Shown here in pieces: positions 37,822-51,779 of a stretch of 64,000 nt of DNA. The position numbers and the translations under genes were made by a program. The first letter of the stretch is position 1, and the number at the start of each line of letters is the position of its first letter. The notes under the pieces are model-generated. The model worked only from the letters and a program-made list of their open reading frames with translations, was not told the DNA's origin and did no database searches. Source of the stretch: Octopus vulgaris (taxonomy: Eukaryota); contig OX597815.1 of the NCBI GenBank assembly GCA_951406725.2, positions 163,060,001-163,124,000 on the forward strand, in the 5' to 3' direction.

Positions 37822-39032
37822 TTAGTTAGTTAGTTAGTTAGTTAATTTGGCTCAAAAGCAAATAGCAAGGCCATGTAGGGAGACATGGAGTTAAGTACAG
37901 GGTGGTGTTCATGTAAAGAGTTCAGGCCACTTGAGGTCCAGGGAGGCTTTGAACAAAGCGGTCGTTGGCATCTTCACCATCTCATCTGGCAGCTTGTTCC
38001 ACGGATCCGCAACCTGGACGGAGAAAGCTCCTCTCCTTTGATTGAGATGAAATCGTCGCAGGTAGAGCTTTTCGGAATGACCCCGCAGCCGACGCTCTGG
38101 AGCAGGAGTGAAGAACAGCTCTTTCGAGAGGTTACGCTTCCCGCTTATGATGTTGTGGGCGAGAATGAGATCACCACGGCGGCGGCGTTTTTCAAGAGAA
38201 TAAAGGTCGAGCGTCCTCAGCCTTTCTTCGTAGGACAAATTTTTGAGACCATGAACCAGGCGGGTAGCCAGCCTCTGGACTCTTTCGAGGTGCTGTATGT
38301 CATTGAGGAGATAAGGAGAAGAGGCTTGAATCCCATACTCCAATATGGGTCTCACCAGCGTGACATAGAGTGGCAGGAATATGGCTGCTGTGAGCACTCC
38401 GAATGACCGTCGAATCAAAAACAGAATTCCGCGCGCTTTGTTGGCAGCATGGACGCACTGGGCCGAAGGCGAAAAGGAGGAATCCACCAAGATACCCAGG
38501 TCCTTTACCTGATCGGTCCTCTCCAGCAGCAGACGACCCGGCTCGAAATCAAGTTGAGTTGCAGGAGTAGAGCCGACAGGCAGATGACAGCACTTTGACA
38601 CGTTCAGACACAGGTCCCAATCGTTAGACCACTTCCAAATTTGGTGGAGGCATCGACGAAGATCCTCTATACTACCGTGAGGAGCGACCAGTTTGATATC
38701 GTCGGCAAATAGAAGGGTGTGTTGCGTGAGGTCATCGGGCAAGTCATTTATGAAGACTAAGAACAACAAGGGCCCAAGCACTGAACCTTGAGGCATGCCA
38801 CTGCTCGCACTGGAGACGTCGGACCGCGAACCATTAACTTGAACTTGGAAGGAGCGATCTGAGAGGAAGGCACCAACCCATCGTACAATATCCGGATGGA
38901 AACTATATGCTTGAAGCTTGACAAGTAGTAGGCGGTGGTTTACCGAGTCAAAAGCTTTGGCAAAGTCCAATAAAACGATGTCAACAGCATCACTATCATC
39001 GAGGATGCGCGTCACCAATTCTTCCATAAATA
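37822..39032 (-). mobile_element. 5'-truncated CR1-group LINE with uninterrupted RT/C-terminal ORF (37909-39027, 372 aa)
   Basis: LDFAKAFDSVNH, GMPQGSVLGPLLFLVFINDL, LLFADDIKL, RLRGHS...WNKLP; ~65-nt 3' UTR and (TAAC)n tail at 37822-37845. Confidence 0.93.
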
Positions 39033-39721
39033 AAAGCTAAATGCTACTCAAATCACACCACCTAAATATTTTTAAAAAAGAACACAAAGACAGAGTGAAT
39101 AAAGTGATACTAAATATAATCTGCTTGAAAAAAAATGGTTAGTTACAGTTGGGACATCTTTGACTTAGACGAAGCATCAGCAAAATGCTGGCTGCACCAC
39201 TAAAACAAATTCAAGGTAATTTTTCATTCAGGTGTTTTATACAGAAACACTTGAGAGTTGCAGTGTACCAGTGACTGACTGGACTACTAACAGATAGCAA
39301 AACCACACATTTTACACTACAGTAGAAAACATACTACCAATTATAAACTTACATTATGGTCAGTACATTATTATGATGCCAGATGCAAGCATAGCATAGT
39401 GGTTAAACAGTTAGCTTCACAATAATGAAATTTGGGTTCAATCCCATGGCAAGGTATCAGGTAAGAGTCTTTTATCATAAGTTTTAATCAGCCCAAGCCT
39501 TGCTTGTAAAGTTGAATTGAGAGAAAGTTTAAAAGACTGTCAGGTTTACTATACCTGTAATTCAAAGGGGTTGATTTGCCATACTTGACATGTTGATTTT
39601 GTATCAGGATTATGTTAACACTTTTGATGCCAATCCACCTGTGACCACCTCTGCTTCTCTGATATAAACTTCCTATTTAAAGCGATTTAAATCAAAACCT
39701 TTTATCAAAATTTCAAGTTAA

Positions 39722-41215
39722 ATGGTTTCAAATTTTAGCACAAGGCCAGCAATTTTAGGGGAAGGGGTAAGTCAGTGTCATTGACCCCAGTACTTGACAG
39801 GTACTTATTTTATCAACCCTGAAAGAATAAAAGGCAAAGTCAACTTTAGCAGCATTTGAAATTATGGAGGAGGAGTCTGGTCAATTACATTGACCCCAGT
39901 ACTTGACTGATACTCATTCTACTGACCCCAAAATGATTAAAAGACAAAATTGACCTCGGTGGAATTTGAACTCAGAATGTAAAGATAGATGAAATGCTGC
40001 TAAGCATTTTGTCTGTCATGCTAATGATTTTGCCAGCTCACAGCCTTACACTAAGCCTAATAATGAGTTCAAATTTTGGCACAAGGCCAGCAATTTTAGT
40101 GCTTGATTGGTATTTATTTTATTGACTCCGAAAGGATTAAAGGCAATGTCAACTCTGGTAGCATTTAAACTTGGACCATAAAGATGAGCAAAATGCTGCT
40201 TAACATTTTGTCTGGTGTAGTAATAATTCTGCAAGCTTGCCTCATATACCAACTTAATAACCCTTTGATCTATAGGCACAAAGAACTCAGAATATAAAGA
40301 TGGATGCCAAACAGTTTGTCTGTCATGCTAATGGTTCTGCCAGCTCAACACCTTAAGGAGAAACATAATATTGGTCCCGAATTTTGGCACAAAGTCAGAA
40401 ATTTCAGGGGAGGTATCTAGTCAATTATATCCCCCACCCACCCAAGTACATCACTGCCACTTATTTTATCAACCTCAGAACAATAAAAGACAAAATCAAC
40501 TTCGGTGGACTTTGAACTCAGAATGTAAAGATGGATGAAGAGCCGTTAAGCATGTTGTCTGTCATGCTAACGATTCTCCTGGCTCACAGCCTTACACCTG
40601 CTTAATAATGATTTCAAATTTTGGCACAAGGCCAGCAATTTTGGAGGAGGAGATAAGTCGATTACATCAACTCCAGTGTTCAACTGGTACTTATTTCATC
40701 GATCCCAAAATGATGAAAGGCAGAGTCAACCTTGGCAGAATTTGAACTCAAAACATAATGGCAGTTGAAATGTCACTAAAGATTTTGTCTGGCATGTTAA
40801 TGATTCATATTTCTTTATTGCCCACAAGGGCCTTAACATAGAAGGAACAAACTAGGACAGACAAAGGGATTAAGTCGATTACATTGACCCCAGTGTGTTA
40901 CTGGTACTTAATTTATCGACCTCGAAAGGATGAAAGACAAAAATCGACCTCGGCAGAATTTGAACTCAGAACGTAATGGCAGACAAAATACCGCTAAGCA
41001 TTTTGCCCGGCATGCTAACGATTCTGCCAGCTTGCTAACGATTCTGCCATGTTAATGATTCTGCCAGTCCACTTCCTTATACTAACTTAATAATCCTTTC
41101 TACTGTAGTCACAAGGCCTGGAAATTTGGGGGAGGGGATAGTCAATTACTTCGACCCCAGTGCATAACTGGTTCTTATCCCGAAAGGATGAAAGGCAAAG
41201 TCGACCTCGGCAGAA
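39722..41215 (-). mobile_element. Cluster of ~8 same-orientation B-family SINEs
   Basis: Repeated GCACAAGGCC...GAATTTGAACTCAGAA...GCCAGCTC units; includes a B1 copy at 40807-41047 with 14-bp TSD CATGTTAATGATTC (40793-40806 / 41048-41061). Confidence 0.88.
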
Positions 41216-41939
41216 TACACTAACTTAATAATAACAGTTATTTTGCTATATCCTTTATGTATTTTGGTAAATTGACTTAATTTTAAAAAATGACAGTGTA
41301 TTTTAAGAGAATTATAACAAAAGGGTTAAATGTGTTTATGGAATAATCAGTCAGTTACACTCTAATTCATTGAGGAAAGAGTTCAGTTAATCAAACACAT
41401 GGGACATTTAGTTTTGAAACTCGGCTTGATTAACTCCCTTTATTGTCATGCTACTGCAGGTATGTGTTTTACCTGCCCTGAAGAATGGAAAGCTAATTTG
41501 ATTTCTTTTACTTGTTTCAGTCATTACACTGCTGCCATGCTGGAGCACCACCTTGAAAGGGTTGGGTCAAACAAGTCGCCCAAGGTTTTTTTCTTTTTCT
41601 AAACCTGGTTTTTACTCTATCAATCTCTTTTGCTGAACTGCTAAGTTATAGGGATGTAAACAAACCAACTCCGATTGTCAGGTGGTGGTAGTATTGAGGG
41701 CAGTGGAGGACAAACACAAACACAAAGAGACACACACATGCATTCACACACACACATGCACATATATATCATCATTATCATCATCATCATCATTTAACAT
41801 TCGTTTTTCATGTTGGCATGGGTTGGACAGTTTGGCAGGAGCTGGCAAGGCCAAGAGCTGTACCAGACTCCATTGTCTGTTGTCACATGGTTTCTACAGC
41901 TGGATGCCTTTCCTAACACCTATATATACATATATACAT

Positions 41940-42158
41940 ATTCTTTTACTCTTTTATTTGTTTCAGTCATACTGGAGCACTGCCTTTAGTCGAACAAATT
42001 GACCCCAGAACATATTCTTTGTAAGCCTAGCACTTATTGTATCAGTCTGTCTTGCTGAACCACTAAGTTATGGGGACATAAACACACCAGCATTGGTTGT
42101 CAAGTGTTCGTGGGAAGGCAAACACACACACACATATATACATATATACATACATACA

Positions 42159-42194
<36 letters not shown>

Positions 42195-42375
42195 TATATG
42201 ACAGGCTTCTTTCAGTTTCTATCTACCAAATCCACTCATAAGGCTTTGGTCATCCCACAGCTATAGTAGAAGACACTTGCCCAAGGTGACACACAGTGGG
42301 ATTGAACCCGGAACCATGTGGTTGTTAAGCAAGCTACTTACCACACAGCCATTCCTGTGCCTACAGCCACTCCTA
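41940..42375 (-). mobile_element. SINE family A copy
   Basis: Reverse complement of family A. Confidence 0.88.
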
Positions 42376-42401
42376 TATGCACATATATATATATATATAT
42401 A

Positions 42402-43921
42402 TCATCATCATCATCATCATCGTTTAGCATCCACTTTCCATGCTAGCATGGGTTGGACGGTTCAATGGGGGTCTGGGAAGCCAGAAGGCTGCACCAGGCC
42501 CAGTCTGATCTGGCAATGTTTCTACGGCTGGATGCCCTTCCTAACGCCAACCACTCCATGAGTGTAGTGGGTGCTTTTTACGTGCCACCGGCACAGGTAC
42601 CAGACGAGTCTGGCAAACGGCCACGATCGGATGGTGCTTTATTATGTGCCACCGGCATGGCGGCTAGGTGAGGCTGGCAATGGCCACAAACAGATGGTGC
42701 TTTTTACGTGCCACCGGCACGAGGCCAGTCGGGGCAGCGCTGGCAATGGCCACGTTCAGATGGTTCTCTTACGTGCCACAGGCTCTATTATCTCAGCTGC
42801 AATTTCCATTGATCTATTTCGATTCTGAATCTCACTTGCCTCAACAGGTCTTCACAAGTGGAGTTTTGTGTCCCAAGAAGGGAAGGTATGCATAAGTGGA
42901 CTGACTACATCCCGTGTAGAAGGCCACGGGTTATGGTCTCACTTGTCCTGCCGGGTCTTCTCACGCACAGCATACTTCCAGAGGTCTCGGTCTGTAGTCA
43001 TTTCCTCAGTGAGACCTAAAGTTCATAGGTCGTGCTTCACTACCTCGTCCCAGGTTTTCCTGGGTCTGCCTCTTCTACAGGTTCCCTCAACCGCTAGGGT
43101 GTGGCACTTTTTCACACAACCATCTTCATCCATTCTCGCCACATGACCATACCAGCGCAAACGTCTCTCTTGCACACCACATCTGCATCATACAGTCTGC
43201 CTTTTACTCTGAGCGAGAGGCCTTTGGTCACCAGCAGAGGTAAGAGCTCTCTGAACTTTGCCGAAGCTATTCTTACTCTAGCAGTTACACTTTCAGCACA
43301 CCCGTCCCCGCTACTGACTTGGTCACCTAGGTAACAGAAGCTATCAACTATTTCTAGTTTTTCTCCTTGGAAAGTGGCAGAAGTTGGTCTCAGAGCATTT
43401 TCAGTGTTTATTGTTCCTGAGCATCTGCCACATACAAAAACTATCTTCCTAGTTAGCCTTCCTTTGACATTGCTGCACCTCTTATGTGTCCATAGCTTAC
43501 ACTTGGTGCATCTTATAGAGTTTCTACCTACACCTTTTCTACAGATCGAGCAGGGCCATCTACCTGAAGGTGTTTATGATTTGTCTACCTTCCTACTTAT
43601 TAGGACTTTGGTTTTAGCTAGATTGACTCTAAGGCCCTTCGATTCTAATCCTTGCTTCCACACCTGAAACTTCTCCTCCAGTTCTGATAGTGACTCAGCA
43701 ATTAGAGCAAGGTCATCAGCATATAGGAGCTCCCAGGGGCATCCTGTCTTGAATTCCTCCGTTATTGCCTGGAGGACTATGATAAATAGGAGGGGGCTGA
43801 GGACTGAGCCTTGGTGGACCCCTACCTCTACGCGGAATTCTTCACTGTACTCGTTTCCAACCCTCACCTTACTAGCAGCGTCTCTGTACATGGCTCGCAC
43901 AGCTCTCACTAACCATTCATC
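42402..43921 (-). mobile_element. 5'-truncated RTE-clade LINE (RT fragment + 3' UTR + (GAT)n tail)
   Basis: VGVHQGSVLSPLLFIIVL...LLYADDLALIA...LRVNLAKTKVL at 43574-43909; internal deletion near 43185; C-terminal RGRPRKTWDEVVKHDL; 3' UTR with GGCGTTAGGAAGGGCATCCAGCCGTAGAAA. Confidence 0.92.
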
Positions 43922-44874
43922 TATCCTTTCATCTATATATATTCATCTATATATATACACACACACACACACATACAAACACATGTATACGATGGGCTTT
44001 TTTCAGTTTCCATCTACCAAATCGACTCACAAGTCTTTGGTTGGTCCAGGGATATAGTGGAAGACACATGCCCAAAGTGGCATGCTATGGGACTGAGCCT
44101 GGCACCATGTGGTTAGGAAGTAAACCTCTTACCACACAGCCATATCTGTGCCTTAAACAGGATTTTCATTAAGAATTATAAGCTACAAACCACTTTCTCA
44201 ATTATTCCTTCTAAGCTGTTATTCTACCACTGGGCTTTAAATGGAACCAAGTTTTGTCTTGGAATTATCTTTCTGTCTGTGATTTCGTTATCTAAGGTGT
44301 CCATGGTGACCTAGGAGTTTAGGAAGGAGACATTAGGTGCCTGTGTCTAATATGATTGACGAAAGATTCAGTTGTTGTAATGGTAGATTGAACAACTTAC
44401 CTTGCCTCATACTCTCATGTTGCCTTCTAGCTATCTCATTATTGTGTTGACATTGCAAGTAATATAGCAAATAGTTACATTGTAAACTGGAAGAGATGTG
44501 TTGTTACTGTGGATATAACAACCAATTATAGAACAGAATACCACAAAAATGGCACTGAATTGTATTCCTGATGTCATTATCTATGTTAAAGCTGAAATTC
44601 CTTGATATTGAACATATCCTTTCCAAATAGGTATGACTGGATGTTTTATTGGAAGATAATTTTACACTGGAGAGTGAGCAGTGATATTGTGTGATATTGT
44701 GTGTAAACTCAATAGAAAGTTGCTGTTGTATCCATTCTTTACTGAAATAACCAGATGAGATAACTATACAGGTACATAATACTCTTACAGAAAATATACA
44801 TTACAATACCACTCACACACACATGCTTGCCCAAGCACCTCTTCATATAAATGTCTGGATACATGTGTGTCTTT

Positions 44875-44936
44875 ATTATGTGTGTATGTATATATATATA
44901 TATGTGTGTGTGCGTGTGTATATATATATATATACA

Positions 44937-44995
<59 letters not shown>

Positions 44996-45089
44996 ATATC
45001 TATATATATATATATATATAATTAATTAATAAGGGTGAGAGAATTAGATACTAATTTAATAGTTGAGCCACATAGTGACCACTCTCTTA

Positions 45090-45148
<59 letters not shown>

Positions 45149-45149
45149 G

Positions 45150-45196
<47 letters not shown>

Positions 45197-45227
45197 GTAT
45201 GTATATATATATATGTATGTATGTATA

Positions 45228-45302
<75 letters not shown>
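44875..45302. repeat. (TA)n/(TATG)n/(GA)n compound microsatellite with a ~75-bp insert
   Basis: Direct reading; many similar (TA)n, (CA)n and (ATT)n tracts occur throughout the window. Confidence 0.9.
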
Positions 45303-45306
<4 letters not shown>

Positions 45307-45617
45307 ATAGATACGTATGCATATATGAATTTATGTATGTATGTGTATGTGCTTTAAAGAAAATCTTTAGGATTTATTCATGTTTCTTCTTTTTCTCTTT
45401 TCGGGGTATTGAAGCTGGCCACTAACCAAGTGGTAATGCTCTTTTTTTTTTCAGTTAAGACAGGTATTGGGTGTTCGTGGTCATCTGCATCAGTTGATGT
45501 ATGTATATATGGATGTTTTGTGTTCATGGATAACTTGTATATGTGCGGTGGATATGCGTTTCATTTTAGTATACATGTATCCGTGCTTCACACTTTTTAC
45601 TCTTTATTTAGAATGAA

Positions 45618-45836
45618 TGAGGGAGTGCTACAAAGTTCCTGGCTTTAAGGGTGTCATGAAAGGCCTGTTTAGAGGTCCAACCTTCCAAGTTCTTTTACAA
45701 GACTTAGAAAAACTGAAGGACTGCTGCAATAAGTTTGTGAATCTGGGAGAGGATATACTGCATAAAATCATAATTAACCAATCCTCTTGGATTTTCTTTT
45801 ACCCAAAGCCAGGAACTTTTCAGCACCCCCTTCATA
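45618..45836. mobile_element. ~210-bp mariner-derived MITE
   Basis: Same TIRs; internal LEKLKDCCNKFVNL. Confidence 0.85.
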
Positions 45837-46117
45837 TGTATCTATGTATTTATTTATGTATGTATGTGTGTGTGTATATGTATGTTTGTGTATGCATGTG
45901 TGTGTATGTATGCATATATCATACATATTTACATCCATACACATGTATAAGAGAACAAAGGTCTTACTTTGTGTAAATGCAATTTAATAAACTTGAAAAG
46001 TTCAGATAACTCTACAACTATGAAAAGCAGATTGTTTTAATAGACTATAACAATATAAGTTCATTTTAATAGATTTTAGATTGGGCTATGGACTAAATGA
46101 GGTTGTCTTTCTTTTAG

Positions 46118-46299
46118 GTGAACCACTCTCCAAGCTTCAATGTTGATTCTGCTCTAGATAAGGAGATAAAGAGTACTCTTGTTGGTGATACTTTGGCTCT
46201 CTTAAACTTTGGTGCTTCAAATCGGCGGAAGTGTACGGAAGAAGAAAGGAAGCGAGTCAAAGATCGACTACTAGGCCGCAATGTTAAAAAGGAAACCAA
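46118..46299 (+). CDS. TTLL6: TTLL6/13-like coding exon D
   Basis: Acceptor ctttcttttag|, 182 nt VNHSPSFNVDSALDKEIKSTLVGDTLALLNFGASNRRKCTEEERKRVKDRLLGRNVKKET(K), completing EVNHSPSF across the intron; donor CAA|gtatat; phase 0 to 2. Confidence 0.93.
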
Positions 46300-46719
46300 G
46301 TATATAATTTTTTTTCTTTTCTTTTAGGTTTCTTGCCAAATTATCTCTGATAAATAAATTTGTTCCATGTGTAACAGCTTGATATAGATTTAGAAATTTC
46401 TCCTTTTTCTTGCGAGAAAATGAAAAGAAATTTTTAAGAAGACATTGATATGACATCCAGGATGTTGTGTAAGATATGATCTGTCAGGAATAATACATTG
46501 AAACAAAGAAAGTAAAAAATTAAATTAAATTAAACAATAACCACAGGCATGGTTGTGTGGTAAGAAGCCTGTTTCATAACCACATGATACCTGATTCAGT
46601 CCCACAATGTGGCACCTTGGGCAAGTGTCTTCTACTATAGCCTTGGGCTGACCAAAGCCTTTTGAGTGGATTTGTAAGATGGAAACTGAAAGACGCCCAT
46701 CATGTATATATGTGTGTGT

Positions 46720-46776
<57 letters not shown>

Positions 46777-46976
46777 CTCTGTGTTAGTGCATGCCAAAAA
46801 TTTCAAGACAGTAAATAAATCACACATTTTCTGTACCCTTATATTTTTAGAGTAAAGTACTAAGCCTTGTGTATGATTATATATCAGTGAACTAATAATA
46901 AAGAAATATGAAATATCATTTTAAAAAGAATATAGAGGTGGAGTATTATTGAGTTTTAATAGCAAATGCTACACTT

Positions 46977-47018
<42 letters not shown>

Positions 47019-47788
47019 CATGCACACACACACACATACACACATACACAAAAAAATTCCTGTCCCTTGATACTACAACTCCCCATTGATGTGTCTTGTT
47101 CTGCTGTTTACTTGGTGATCTCACTGCTGCTGGTGCCACATAAAATGCACCTAGTACACTTTGTATAGTGGTTGGTGTTAAGGAGGGCAATTAGCATTAA
47201 GAAAGGCACCCTGCCATAGAAACCACGCCAAAACAGATAGCAGAGCTTGGTGCAGTCTTCTGACTTGCCAATTCCTGTTAAACTGTTCTATCCTTGCCAG
47301 CACAGAAAATTGATGTTAAATGGGTGGGGGTGAGGATGATGATGATGATGATGATGATGATAAGGTGGTGGGTCTCTATCATTTGATGACAAGGATTCAG
47401 TTGTTTGACCAACTGAATTACCTGGCTCCTAAATTACTAAACTGGTTTCAAATTTTAGCACAAGGCCAGCAATTTCAGGGAGTGGATAAGTCAATTACAT
47501 CAGCCCCACTGCTCAACAGGTACATATTTTATTGACCCCCAAAAGAATTCTGAAAGGCAAAGTTGACTCTGGTGGCATTTGAACTCAGAATGTAAAGTTG
47601 GAAGAAATGCCGCTAAACATTTTCTCCAGCTTGGTAATGATTCTGCTAGCTCACCACATTGCCTTAATTACTAAATTAACATATAGATAGCTAAGTATTC
47701 CACGGTCACCTGTACCATTAACATATTCATTTCATTCAAATCTGAGTATATAAACTCCGCAATATGCTTTCAGTCATAAATATATATG

Positions 47789-47857
<69 letters not shown>

Positions 47858-49050
47858 ATATATATATATATATATTAATAATTAAGGGTGCTACAAGTGA
47901 CACCAACATGCTAAAATATATATATATATGTGGTGGTGCTGTGTGAAAGCACCTGTTAAGTGCCACGTAAAAGGGCCTAAAAGTGCCTGTGCTGTGCCTC
48001 ATAAAAGTACCCATGCAGTGCCATGGCAAAGCATCCAGCACACTCTGTAAAGTGGTTGGTGTTAGGAAGGGCATCTAGACATAGAAACAATACCAAATCA
48101 GACTGGAGTCTGGTGCAGCTCCCCAGCTTGCCAGCCCTTGTCAAACCATACAGCCCATGCCAGCATGGACAACAAATGTTAAATGATGATGATGAAATAT
48201 ATATATATATATACACAAAAACACATACACAACAATCATATACGTATATACACATGCATATATGCACACACACACACACACATACACATTATATCATAAC
48301 CTGTCATTGCCAAGCAATTTTTACAATAGAATTGATTTCAATTTTATCTATTCCATATCATACCAGGTCTTCCCGGAGGATTAAGTCTCTTGGAACATGG
48401 CAGATTTCTGCATTATTTGTGGCAATTTATAATGTCTTGATAACAAAGTTTTCTATTTTTCTATTTGGTACATCATCATCATCGTTTAACGTCTATTTTC
48501 CATGCTAGCATGGGTTGGATGGTTCGACCGGGGTGTGGGAAACCAGGAGGCTGCAACAGGCGCCAGTCTGATTTGGCAGTGTTTCTACAGCTGGACACCC
48601 TTCCTAATGCCAACCACTCCGTGAGTGTAGTGGGTGCTTTTTATGTGCCACCGGCACGGAAGCCAGCCAAGGCGGCGCTGGCATTGGCCACATTCAGATG
48701 GTGCTTTTTATGTGCCACTGGCATGTAAGCCAGTCAAGACAGCACTGGCATTGGCCACATTCAGATGGTGCTTTTTACATGCCACCGGCACAGGTATTAT
48801 GACTACAATTCCATTTGATTTTTATTTTGATGTTTATGTACTTGACTCCATAGATCATCCACAATCTAATGCCAGTCTTAAAAAGTAAAAAGCACAAAAT
48901 AATTTCTTCTAATTGACCCATGCTGAAATTCTCCCTTGAGAATTTCAGAGAGAATGCTCCCAAACTATGACAGGTGACAACTGTCGACTTACCACACATG
49001 GGTACATAATCCTTGCCTATTTTACACACACACACACATGCACATGCGCG

Positions 49051-49082
<32 letters not shown>

Positions 49083-49256
49083 TATTTTGATATATCTAGG
49101 GAGGATCATTATGCCAGTAATAACACACACTGGTTCAATTTCCCTTCTCTTGTAAGTGACCACATCTCTACACTTGCACACCTCTACTCCCCTACATGTA
49201 CATAGATATAGGACTGCTTCTCAACCAAATGAGAAAAAATGACATACATACATACA

Positions 49257-49289
<33 letters not shown>

Positions 49290-49923
49290 TTATATTTATA
49301 TCATCATCATTTTCATATAACATCTGTTTTCCTTGCTGGCATGGGTTAGATGGTTTGACAGGGACTGACCAGCTGGAGAGCTTCCTGGGCGTTGATTGTC
49401 TGTTTCAACGTGGTTTCTACTGCTAGATGCCTTTTCTGACACTATTCCCTTTTCAGAGTGTAACAGGTGCATATGTGTGGCATGGGCGCTCTTATGTAGC
49501 ACCAGCATGAGTGCTTTTGTGTGGTACAGTATGAATGTTTTTGTGTGGCACTAGCAGGGGTGCTTTTATGTAGCACTGGCATGTGTGCTTTTACACCTGT
49601 GAGGTCAGAAGGCAAGGACATCTTGGCTGAGAGACAAGTGGGGAGGACATGGCTGTAAAGGACATACCATAGTTTTACTTAGCTTGACATGTCTTCTGAA
49701 GCACAGCAAACAGCCAGAGGTCTCAGTGCTTCAGTCTCCTCTATGAGGCCCAATGCTAGAAGATCCTTTCTCACCATATATATATATATTTATATATATA
49801 TGTCATGATTTTCTTTCACACACTCTTGCAATCCAAAATACTTCAAGCATCTGGTCCTCACACTGCAAAACATTGACAAACTTCTTCCTTTCTGCTTCTC
49901 CCTTGGCTAAATATACCTATCAT

Positions 49924-50322
49924 AGGTGCAGGAGTGACTGTGTGGTAAGTAGCTTGCTTACCAACCACATGGTTCCGGATTCATTCCCACTGCATGGCAC
50001 CTTGGGCAAGTGTCTTCTACTATAGCCTCTGGCTGACTAAAGCCTTATGAGTGGATTTGGTGGACAGAAACTGAAAGAAGCCCATCATATATATGTATTT
50101 ATATGTATGTGTGTGTGTCTGTGTTTGTCCCCACCAACATCGCTTGACAACCGATGGTGGTGTGTTTACGTCTCCGTAACTTAGCGGTTCAGCAAAAGAG
50201 ACCAATACAATAAGTACTAGGCTTCCAGAGAATAAGTCTTGGGGTCGATTTGCTCGACTAAAGGTGGTGCTCCAGCATGGCCACAGTCAAATGACTGAAA
50301 CAAGTTAAAGTGAGTAAAAAGT
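49924..50322 (+). mobile_element. SINE family A full copy
   Basis: Same head, body and tail. Confidence 0.9.
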
Positions 50323-50389
50323 GAATCTCCTAGCCTCCTTTCTGATATAGTTCCCTGCTACCACCAATCTTCCAGTCCTTCCTGGTCCA

Positions 50390-50955
50390 TTTCTTCACTC
50401 TAATGTCCCTGTCTACTACACTGTTCCACCACCATGTTACCTTAGTTCTGGAAGGGACTTTGCACCAACCACAAATTTGGTCAGTGATCTTCATTAAGTC
50501 CCTTAGGAACCTCCAGTTATCCTCTATGTTATATGTTCCTATATCTCTCTTTTACCTATTAAATGCTTCAGGTAAAACGTCTCTAAATCTCTGACTATTT
50601 AGAGGACCCTTAAGCCTCCAGATCTTCTTAGTTACTGCCTATCCCTGAGTTTGAAGTCACTGATGTTAAGGGGCGTACTCTTCACTTGGGAAAGACTTTG
50701 CATTTATGAGCAACCATCTTTCCTGCTTTCTGATGAGAATGTAGTCAATCTGGCTTGTGTATCCATCAGATTGATCAGTGAACAAGTGATTGACTGGTTT
50801 CTTGACATTAGTACTGCAAATCATAAGACCATTTTCATCAAAGAACTCCAGCTGTGTGGTTCACTCCTCATTGTGGGAACTGGCTCTATAGCCTCTATGC
50901 ACTCCATACAAGCCAACCAGATGCTACCCAATATGTCCATTGAAGTCACCTGTCC
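50390..50955 (-). mobile_element. Degenerate RTE APE-endonuclease fragment
   Basis: Minus strand GDFNGHIG*...LEFFDENGLMICST...SQIDYILIRKQERWLLINAKSFPSEE, with stops. Confidence 0.8.
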
Positions 50956-51125
50956 ATATATATGTATACATCATCATCATCATCATCATCATCATCAATG
51001 TTTAATATCCACCTTCCATGCCAGCATGGGTATATTAGCCCTTAATAAAACAGAAATAAACTGATGAAACAATGGGAGTTTAAAAATTTAATGTCTTATG
51101 ATTTTGTAATTCGTTGTAATTTCAG

Positions 51126-51311
51126 AGAAGAGCAAGAACAAGCTCATGAAAAATATTTGGAAAGTCTTGACAATTACGAAACCACCCACCTTGGAAACTT
51201 TCGGAGAATTTATCCAAGTGAAGTATCAAAAAAATACGATCAGTTCTTCCAAAGTAGCTCTAGTCTCTTTCAGGAGACAATAGCCTTCAAGGCTAGAAGC
51301 GAATTGGTCAG
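51126..51311 (+). CDS. TTLL6: TTLL6/13-like coding exon E
   Basis: Acceptor atttcag|, 186 nt EEQEQAHEKYLESLDNYETTHLGNFRRIYPSEVSKKYDQFFQSSSSLFQETIAFKARSELV(R) with the TTLL motif (H)LGxFRRIYP; donor CAG|gtaaga; phase 2 to 2. Confidence 0.93.
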
Positions 51312-51346
<35 letters not shown>

Positions 51347-51744
51347 TCTAGACATTTAAAAGTGTTTTGGCACCAGTCTCTGAAAATCATGTTGCTGTTT
51401 TTGTTGTTGTAGTTGTGGTTGTTGTAGTTGTTGCATATCCCCAGGTAAGTTATGATTGAACAAACCTATTATCAAAAGCCTTTCCAGCTATAAGCTTCCT
51501 GTTTTTTTTTTCTTCTTGAGTATTATACACTGAAGACAACATACTTCAATGTATCAAACCATTCTAAGGCCGTTGGATATAATTTGAGATGAATTAAGCT
51601 GCTCTTTTAAGATTGTGGTCTCGATTCCTGGGCCAGGTGACATGTGTTTGTGAGAGCAAAATACTTCATTTCATATTCCTCCAGTCCACTCAGCTGGCAA
51701 AAATGAGTAACCCAGCAATGAGCTGATATCCCATCCAGGAACCC

Positions 51745-51779
<35 letters not shown>

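Noticed and set aside
37885-38406. 173-aa + strand ORF
   Set aside because: Antisense shadow of the GC-rich CR1 RT ORF.
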